A DNA stretch of 64,000 nt from positions 512,001 through 576,000 of the forward strand of contig JAVLKG010000002.1 in assembly GCA_032128875.1 (NCBI GenBank). Direction: 5' to 3'. Shown here piece by piece: positions 57,748 through 64,000 of the stretch. The notes under the pieces were generated by a model that ran no database searches, had not been told where the DNA came from, and saw only the letters and a program-made list of their open reading frames with translations. The position numbers and the translations under genes are program-made. Within the stretch, counting starts at the first letter, position 1; every line of letters begins with the position of its first letter. The DNA comes from Candidatus Melainabacteria bacterium 17Bon1m (GTDB lineage: Bacteria; Cyanobacteriota; Vampirovibrionia; Obscuribacterales; Obscuribacteraceae).

Positions 57748-59346
57748 ATGTCAGGTTTTCGCTTCTTCTCAAAGAAAAAGACTCCTGGCAGTAAAGTTCG
57801 CGAGGCGCGTTATGCTGGTTCGTGGTACAACGATGACCCGCTTAAGTTGAATCAGCAGTTAGAAGAGTACCTCCAATCAGCTAGTGGTGCTCTTTCCAGG
57901 CGCTCTGCTCATGCTCAATTTCAAGAACCGGAATTGAATTTATTGAGAGATGATGGCAATCTTTTAGCTATTGTAAGTCCGCATGCCGGTTATATGTTCT
58001 CGGGCCAAACAGCAGCGTTTGGTTATTCTCGTGCTCAAATGCAAGAGAAACAATTTCAGAAAATCCAGCGAGTTTTTCTTCTAGGACCTAGCCATTACAC
58101 AGGTTTTGAGGGCGCTGCTTTGAGCGACGCCACGGCATTTCAAACCCCGTTAGGAAATCTTCCGGTTGATCTGAAAACGGTCGAGGCGCTTTGCGATTTT
58201 CCTCTTTTTCGCTTTATGCCGGAGGTCCATCGCAAAGAACATTCTCTTGAGCTGCAGCTGCCTTTGATTTACAAAGCGTTTGGACCGATCGAAATTGTTC
58301 CGATCGTAATCGGCCAACTCGAAGACGAAATGGAAACCCGTTTGATTGGCGGCGCTCTAAAGCGTTTTCTCAAAGAAGATGACATTGTTGTCGTCAGCTC
58401 TGACTTTTGCCATGTCGGCCCGCGTTACCAGTATCAACCATTTACCGCCAATATCAAAGAAAATGTATATCGGCTAGACAAAGAAGCATTTACGTACATA
58501 AACCGCCTCGATCTTGAGGGTTTTATCGACTTCCGAGAGCGAACTGGTGCCACCATATGTGGTTTTTACCCACTTTGCGTTTTAATGTCGATATTGCCTG
58601 ACAATAGTGGCGGCACTGTTTTGAATTACGCAACTTCACAAGACTCACTCGTCGAGGATGACGAGAATTCAGTGAGCTACATGGCTATCGCATTAGGCGG
58701 GCAATCTGGTAAAAACTGCCGCTGGCTGCCGGATGACGAGATTCCCGAAAGCAATGCTCCGCTCACTTCTGAAGAGCGTCAGGCACTGCTTATGGTGGCA
58801 CGAGAAAGCATTGCGGCTGCCGCTTCAAAAAAAACACAACCAAATAATGCTGAACTGAAAAAAACATTCCCGCGCTTTGCTCACCCTCGCGGGGTTTTTG
58901 TCACGCTCTTCAAAAAGACGGACAATCCGTCCAACCCCGAAGAACGGCGCGAACTGAGAGGTTGTATAGGTCATATTTGGCCGGTTCGCCCGCTGGTCGA
59001 TGCCGTTTGTGAAAATGCAACTGGAGCTGCGATGCGCGATTATCGCTTTCTGCCGGTCACCGCGGACGATTTGGACAGCTTGGAAATTGAAATTAGTGTC
59101 TTGACGCCATTGAAGAGAATCGCCACCTATGATGAGATAGTAATAGGTAGAGATGGCGTCGTCCTCTATAAGAATGGAAGTCAGGCAGTCTTTCTGCCAC
59201 ATGTGGCAGAGCAATTCGGCTGGAATCTCGAGCAGACTCTTACACAGCTTTCCTTGAAAGCCGGACTGGGAGAGACAGCATGGAAGCAAGGAGCCAGATT
59301 CGACATATTCCAAACGGAGTCTTTTGAAGAGCACGAAGAGGGGTAG
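57748..59346 (+). CDS. AmmeMemoRadiSam protein B (Memo-like) fused to protein A (AMMECR1-like)
   Basis: AGSWY, SPHAGYMFSG, GPSH, EHSLELQLP, SSDFCH, TICG; C-terminal GVFVTL, LRGCIG, IEISVLTP, FLPHVA, KAG. Confidence 0.92.
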   Translation: MSGFRFFSKKKTPGSKVREARYAGSWYNDDPLKLNQQLEEYLQSASGALSRRSAHAQFQEPELNLLRDDGNLLAIVSPHAGYMFSGQTAAFGYSRAQMQEKQFQKIQRVFLLGPSHYTGFEGAALSDATAFQTPLGNLPVDLKTVEALCDFPLFRFMPEVHRKEHSLELQLPLIYKAFGPIEIVPIVIGQLEDEMETRLIGGALKRFLKEDDIVVVSSDFCHVGPRYQYQPFTANIKENVYRLDKEAFTYINRLDLEGFIDFRERTGATICGFYPLCVLMSILPDNSGGTVLNYATSQDSLVEDDENSVSYMAIALGGQSGKNCRWLPDDEIPESNAPLTSEERQALLMVARESIAAAASKKTQPNNAELKKTFPRFAHPRGVFVTLFKKTDNPSNPEERRELRGCIGHIWPVRPLVDAVCENATGAAMRDYRFLPVTADDLDSLEIEISVLTPLKRIATYDEIVIGRDGVVLYKNGSQAVFLPHVAEQFGWNLEQTLTQLSLKAGLGETAWKQGARFDIFQTESFEEHEEG

Positions 59347-59403
59347 AAAGATACGGGGGATTCGATTCGTTGCTGAGTCAGACATCCACCAAAAGGGGGA
59401 CAT

Positions 59404-60180
59404 GTGGGCTACGATTTGCCGGTTGGCCAGAAAGTAAGGGTCGTTCTAGCAGAAGACGATGAACCGACCAGATTCTGGTTGAAGTTGACTCTTCAGCAAT
59501 CCCAAACTTTTGAGGTTGTCGGACAGGCCGGCGATGGACGCTCTGCTGTGGCTATCACCAATGAGAATAAACCCGACCTGGTTTTGATGGATATCGGCAT
59601 GCCGATTATGGACGGTGTTGAAGCGGCGCGTCTGGTCAAAGAAGCTCTGCCCGAAACCAAAGTGATCATGTTCACCTCGCATGATACCGACGATTCTGTA
59701 TTTGCAGCTCTTTCTGCCGGTGCAGACGGATATTGCTTGAAAACGCTCACCGCTGAGCAACTGCTCAAAGCTGTATCCAGTGTTATGGATGGTGCGGCTT
59801 GGCTCGACCCGGGTATTGCCAGAAAAGTTTTGCGGGCGGCATCACATAGTGTCACCCCAAAAGACGGCGAATTGGAATCGGAGAAATCCGAAAGTGCTGC
59901 TGGGCCAGTTGCGAGCGACACTGGTAAGGATGCGCCTAAGGATCAAAAAGACACCAGAGACTCAAAAGACACACCAGGACCAAATCCATTTGCACTGTCC
60001 CAGCGTGAAATGGAAGTTTTGCAGCTACTTGTCGAAGGACTGAGCAATCAGGAGATTGCGGACAAATTGTGCTTGGGCACTGAGACTATCAAAACCCATA
60101 TGCGTCACATTATGCGCAAGCTGTCGGTTTCAGATAGAACGCAGGCGGCAATCAAGGCAATGCGCCAGGGCATTGTTTAA
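59404..60180 (+). CDS. NarL/LuxR-family response regulator (paralog of 41192-41884)
   Basis: AEDD, LMDIG, GADGYCLK, GAAWLDPG, LSQREMEVL..GLSNQEIA. Confidence 0.93.
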   Translation: MGYDLPVGQKVRVVLAEDDEPTRFWLKLTLQQSQTFEVVGQAGDGRSAVAITNENKPDLVLMDIGMPIMDGVEAARLVKEALPETKVIMFTSHDTDDSVFAALSAGADGYCLKTLTAEQLLKAVSSVMDGAAWLDPGIARKVLRAASHSVTPKDGELESEKSESAAGPVASDTGKDAPKDQKDTRDSKDTPGPNPFALSQREMEVLQLLVEGLSNQEIADKLCLGTETIKTHMRHIMRKLSVSDRTQAAIKAMRQGIV

Positions 60181-60212
60181 TCTGCCAGAGATTGCATAAA
60201 CACCGGGGCTGC

Positions 60213-60773
60213 TTATCCGAACAGTTTTGCAGCCAGCAAGAGCTGCTGAACAATGCACTGAATGGCGGTGAAAATCAAAAAAACAAGAGTGTGGTCTTGA
60301 TTGGCGAACCGCGACAGTTCGGCTTCGATGGAGGGAATTGCTTGTCCCTTTTCGGGCTGATTTAGAAGCGCATCAGGAATGATTAAGCGCGGATTTGTCC
60401 GCCACAATCCGTAGCTGAATAATTCTTCCGTCGTGGTGTCGACTACAGCCAATCTCAGACCTGGCAAAGACAATTTCTTACAATGCTCGCCAATCATCAA
60501 GGCTAATTCGGGATTGGTCTTGGCAATATCTTCAAGAGCGACAAAGCGAGCTTTGAAATAACGTCGCTCCGCCCAATCCAGCACCATAGGCAGTAGCATG
60601 ACGAAAAGAACGTTCCAGCAGAGCGTTAAAATTGCAGACCCTCTTGCACCAATCTCACCGATCGCAACACAGCGTGCCACCGGGAAGGCTAAACCTACGC
60701 CGACGATAAACGTGGTCAGGTAATAGATGCCTAAGACGGTTGATGGTTTGAGTGGTTTTGCAGTATTTGCCAT
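60213..60773 (-). CDS. Membrane protein, truncated catalytically degenerate HtpX-like
   Basis: Two N-terminal TMs, then a segment alignable by eye to HtpX core but with AELSR at the HExxH position. Confidence 0.55.
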   Translation of the reverse strand: MANTAKPLKPSTVLGIYYLTTFIVGVGLAFPVARCVAIGEIGARGSAILTLCWNVLFVMLLPMVLDWAERRYFKARFVALEDIAKTNPELALMIGEHCKKLSLPGLRLAVVDTTTEELFSYGLWRTNPRLIIPDALLNQPEKGQAIPSIEAELSRFANQDHTLVFLIFTAIQCIVQQLLLAAKLFG

Positions 60774-60896
60774 GATTTTTTGCCGGACTTACTCCGGCAT
60801 CATAGATAGGTCTCTTGCTACTCTTGTTCCACCTTGAACTGCCAATCAAACTGTCAATATCCTCATGACAACTAGGTCGCGGCTATAATTGGACTG

Positions 60897-61268
60897 TTGG
60901 GGAGCGGACACGAAGGGCGGAAACTTTTGAAGGGCAAAGCACTCCTCGAATGCAAGCATTTCGCTGCTGAATGGTTGCGGGCGTTTGAAATTAAGAGAGC
61001 GGGGGGCAATATTCAGCGATTGGACGAACTCGCCGATTTTAATGACGACGAAGTTCTCCGGCGCGGGTTATGGATGATTTCCATTGTGGGCGGCCCGGTT
61101 GTCTATCTTCTTTTGCCTTTCGTGTTGTCTATCCTGCAAACCTTTATCTGGGCGCAGTTGACGATCGTGCTTTGGACGCTTCTGAAAATCGCCATGGGTT
61201 TAATCTTTGCGATCTTCGCTTTGGCTGTGTATTTCACTTTCCTGCAAGACAGGGGATCAATCGGATAA
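60897..61268 (+). CDS. Hypothetical membrane protein
   Basis: Two to three hydrophobic segments; abuts the downstream GS-like gene; start uncertain. Confidence 0.5.
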   Translation: MGSGHEGRKLLKGKALLECKHFAAEWLRAFEIKRAGGNIQRLDELADFNDDEVLRRGLWMISIVGGPVVYLLLPFVLSILQTFIWAQLTIVLWTLLKIAMGLIFAIFALAVYFTFLQDRGSIG

Positions 61269-62621
61269 ATGATTCAGGTTAAGACTCTCGATGACATTGT
61301 GATGGAGGCTCAGCGGCAATCCATCAATCTGGTGCGATTTATATACGCCGACTTGAGCAGCATCATAAGAGGAAAGGCGACGCGCGCAGCTCATCTTAAG
61401 GAGAGGCTGGAAAGCGGAATTGGACTGGTCAAAGGAACGCTGGCGATGAATATGCTCGACCAGCTTCAGACTGATACCGGTTTTGGTGCCAGTGGCGAAA
61501 TCCGCTTGATCCCAGATCCCGACACCTGGACAGTGCTGCCTTACGCTGAGCGGCAGGCGGCTGTAATTTGTGATTTGATGGAACTCGACCACACACCATG
61601 GGAGCTTTGTCCGCGCGCTGTCCTGAAGCGTCAAATTCAAAAGGCGAAGGATATGGGTGTAAGTTTTCAGGTCGCCTTCGAACCGGAATTCATGCTCGGC
61701 ACCACTAGTGACGGCACGTTTCAACCGCTTGATCGCAGCTTGTGTTTTTCTACCGAGGGAATGAACCGAGCGTCACGCTTTATCAATAATTTTATTGACG
61801 CGCTCGCCAAACAAAATATTGAGACCGAGCAATATTATCCGGAACTCGGACATGGTCAGCATGAAGTCAGCATTACTCACATGCCGGCTTTGAAAGCTTG
61901 CGACAGGCAGATTTATTACAGAGAAACATTGAAGGGCGTTGCTCTTGATATGGGGATGGAAGCATACCTTGCGCCAAAACCATTCGAGAACCAGCCCGGA
62001 AACGGCTGCCATTTACACTTGTCCGCTTGGGATATCTATGGTGAGCGCAATTTATTGTTTGCCGACAGTGGACTCTCTCTTTTCGGAATGAAATTTGTTG
62101 CCGGCATACTCGAACACCTTCCGGCCCTTGTGGCATTGACTGCACCGTCGGTAAACTCTTACCGCCGTTTGAAGCCGAGTTCATGGGCGTCGGCGTATAC
62201 CTGTTGGGGTTTTGAGAATCGAGAAGCCGCAGTAAGAGTACCCTCTGTTTACTGGGGGCACGAAATGGCCACGACTAATATTGAAATAAAATGCGTTGAC
62301 TCGACTGCGAATCCATACATAGCGTTGGCAGGGATAATTGCCGCCGGTTTGGACGGAGTAGAAAGAAACCTTCAGCCACCAGATCCTGTATTCACGGATC
62401 CTGCCACCATGACTCCTGAAGAGCAGGATAAGAATAAAATTCGCAGACTGCCTACTAGCCTCATGGATGCGGTTTTAGAGCTGGAACAAGACAAGCTTCT
62501 TGTCGGTGTTTTGGGTTCTCGCTTAGCTGATACATATGCGGCAGTGAAGACCTCTGAATGTGGTGCTTTTGATGCGGCTAATCCGGAGTTCGAAATGACC
62601 CATCACCGAAATCGCTATTAA
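61269..62621 (+). CDS. Glutamine synthetase-like gamma-glutamyl ligase (GSI-like)
   Basis: RGK, PDPDT, EPEF, ELGHGQHE, PKPF..QPGNGCHLHLS, NSYRRL, WGFENREAAVRV, ANPY. Confidence 0.9.
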   Translation: MIQVKTLDDIVMEAQRQSINLVRFIYADLSSIIRGKATRAAHLKERLESGIGLVKGTLAMNMLDQLQTDTGFGASGEIRLIPDPDTWTVLPYAERQAAVICDLMELDHTPWELCPRAVLKRQIQKAKDMGVSFQVAFEPEFMLGTTSDGTFQPLDRSLCFSTEGMNRASRFINNFIDALAKQNIETEQYYPELGHGQHEVSITHMPALKACDRQIYYRETLKGVALDMGMEAYLAPKPFENQPGNGCHLHLSAWDIYGERNLLFADSGLSLFGMKFVAGILEHLPALVALTAPSVNSYRRLKPSSWASAYTCWGFENREAAVRVPSVYWGHEMATTNIEIKCVDSTANPYIALAGIIAAGLDGVERNLQPPDPVFTDPATMTPEEQDKNKIRRLPTSLMDAVLELEQDKLLVGVLGSRLADTYAAVKTSECGAFDAANPEFEMTHHRNRY

Positions 62622-62634
62622 CAAAGGAGACAGT

Positions 62635-63819
62635 GTGAGCGAGCTTCCGGGCATAGATTTGCGAAGTGCGATCATTATCGATCAGCACGCGCACTCTTTG
62701 GTCAACGATTTCGTTCAGTTCGAGGCGGTCGACCTGCGCCGTTGTTTTACCGAAAGCCGTACCATGGATATGTTGCAAAACCATGTTCAGAACTCGCTGT
62801 CATACATTGATATGATCCGCAAATTGGAATTTCTGTTGGACGTAAGCGGTGAGAAACAGCTTATTGAGCTTCGTCAAACGATGAGAGAATTCGACCTGGT
62901 GAATAGTTTGTTTGACGATGTTTCACTCGGCGCTTTCATTATTGATGACGGCTATTCATCAGGTAAGGCAATGCCGCTGCAGAAGTTTAGCCAACTAACA
63001 GACCGTCCTGTTTTTCGCTGCCTGCGTATTGAAAGTTTTATCGAAAAGGCTCTGTCGATGTCGTCGAGTTTTGGCGAACTAGAATCAAAGTTTCTATCCT
63101 TATTGTCTGAGCCTTCGGATGTGCCAGTCGTTGCACTAAAAACTATTCTGGCTTATCGAGGCGGACTGCGTTTTCTAGATACCACTAAAGAACTTGCTCA
63201 AGAGGAATTCTCACCATTAAAGGAAGGGGCTAAAGAGCGCTCCAGCGAACCTGGAAAATCCGGTGCAAGCAAGCCTTCCGTTCGAATAGAAAAATGCAAT
63301 CTGTACCACTATCTGGTGCTGCGAGCGTTCGAGTTTGCTGGTGACAGAAAGATTCCAGTTCAGATTCATACAGGCTTGGGAGATTCCGATGAGGATCTCT
63401 CTGAAAGCAATCCGCTTCATTTGAGAAGCCTTTTCGAAGATAAGCATTTCTCTTCAGTCAAATTTGTCTTGCTGCATTGTTATCCATTCGTCAAAGAAGC
63501 GGCTTATTTTGCGTCTCTTTATTCAAATGTCTATATGGATTTGTCGCTCGCTTGTTTTCTCGTCTCGGCTAACATCGAATCGATTTTGATGGATGCAGTC
63601 TCTCTTGCACCCGTTTCAAAAATTTTGAGTGGAACAGATGGTCACACCGTGCCGGAAACTTACTGGTACGGTGCGCTTTCATTGAAACGCGGTTTGTCTA
63701 GAGTACTCACAAAACTCGTACGTGAAGATTTCTTGGAACCCGCTCAGGCAATGAAAATTGCTGGCGATATTCTTCACGAAAACGCGCAAAGGCTTTATAG
63801 ATTGGAAGGTCTGGCATAG
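62635..63819 (+). CDS. Amidohydrolase-2 family protein (FluG N-terminal-like)
   Basis: IDQHAH, LKTILAYRGGL, QIHTGLGD, VLLHCYP, NVYMDLS, GTDGH..PETY. Confidence 0.85.
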   Translation: MSELPGIDLRSAIIIDQHAHSLVNDFVQFEAVDLRRCFTESRTMDMLQNHVQNSLSYIDMIRKLEFLLDVSGEKQLIELRQTMREFDLVNSLFDDVSLGAFIIDDGYSSGKAMPLQKFSQLTDRPVFRCLRIESFIEKALSMSSSFGELESKFLSLLSEPSDVPVVALKTILAYRGGLRFLDTTKELAQEEFSPLKEGAKERSSEPGKSGASKPSVRIEKCNLYHYLVLRAFEFAGDRKIPVQIHTGLGDSDEDLSESNPLHLRSLFEDKHFSSVKFVLLHCYPFVKEAAYFASLYSNVYMDLSLACFLVSANIESILMDAVSLAPVSKILSGTDGHTVPETYWYGALSLKRGLSRVLTKLVREDFLEPAQAMKIAGDILHENAQRLYRLEGLA

Positions 63820-63829
63820 TCCCGGTTCT

Positions 63830-63857
63830 CAAAAGACACCAAATGCAGTGTCTTTTG
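63830..63857. terminator. Hairpin between convergent genes (possible bidirectional terminator)
   Basis: caaaagacac-N8-gtgtcttttg perfect 10-bp inverted repeat. Confidence 0.55.
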
Positions 63858-63877
63858 GACGAATAGTTGCAAGAGGG

Positions 63878-64000
63878 TTATACAGGATAGGTGACCTTGG
63901 TTAGCTCTTCAGAAACTTTCCAGAGCTTCCTTTGCAGGTCTTCGTTGTGCGAAAGTTTATTTGAATCAACGCGAGTTGCATTACCTTTGGCACCACCAAA
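63878..64000 (-). CDS. 3' end of a probable retinol-dehydrogenase-like SDR oxidoreductase (partial, not in ORF track)
   Basis: Manual translation FGGAKGNATRVDSNKLSHNEDLQRKLWKVSEELTKVTYPV*, resembling the LW..SEELT C-terminus of this SDR group. Confidence 0.6.
   Translation of the reverse strand, partial: FGGAKGNATRVDSNKLSHNEDLQRKLWKVSEELTKVTYPV

Noticed and set aside
59347-59403. tRNA/tmRNA-like text (ggggattcgattc...ccacca)
   Set aside because: Only 57 nt and no cloverleaf can be built
61269-62621. Calling this gene glnA
   Set aside because: Sequence style and linkage to a FluG-type amidohydrolase suggest a GS-like gamma-glutamyl ligase, so the symbol is withheld
1-64000. Prophage, IS element or known defence island
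   Set aside because: No integrase, transposase, phage structural or recognisable defence genes among the translated ORFs

Overview
Gene-dense bacterial chromosomal window with about 54 CDS. I found no rRNA, tRNA, CRISPR array or transposase. The long-form IspH, Zn-ribbon/Ser-Thr kinase/TM/LRR receptor, many secreted TPR proteins and absence of photosynthesis genes suggest a non-photosynthetic cyanobacterial relative (Melainabacteria/Obscuribacterales-like); this is inference only. Housekeeping genes include htrA, phhB, ispH-hemE-hemY, ppx, trmJ, htpX and fumC. The best candidate for an undescribed system is a divergent cluster at 20.5-29.7 kb. Its rightward arm is a tight 7-gene operon: Cys-nucleophile alpha/beta hydrolase, atypical enolase-superfamily enzyme, GH3 amido synthetase, extended SDR, Mpo1/DUF962 membrane protein, NDUFA9-like SDR and a third SDR. 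Its leftward arm has a heme-oxygenase-like metalloenzyme and an ICMT/PEMT membrane methyltransferase. It probably makes or modifies an amide-linked lipid or small molecule. Other notable items: a Gly/Ala-rich protein ending in a LOG domain, a poly-proline protein with a 30-Pro run, a repeated NarL-regulator/HtpX convergent pair whose second HtpX looks catalytically dead, two divergent genes sharing an N-terminal domain with swapped periplasmic domains, three tandem APC transporters, an AmmeMemo B-A fusion and a split FluG-like pair. All family calls come from motif recognition by eye, not database searches.
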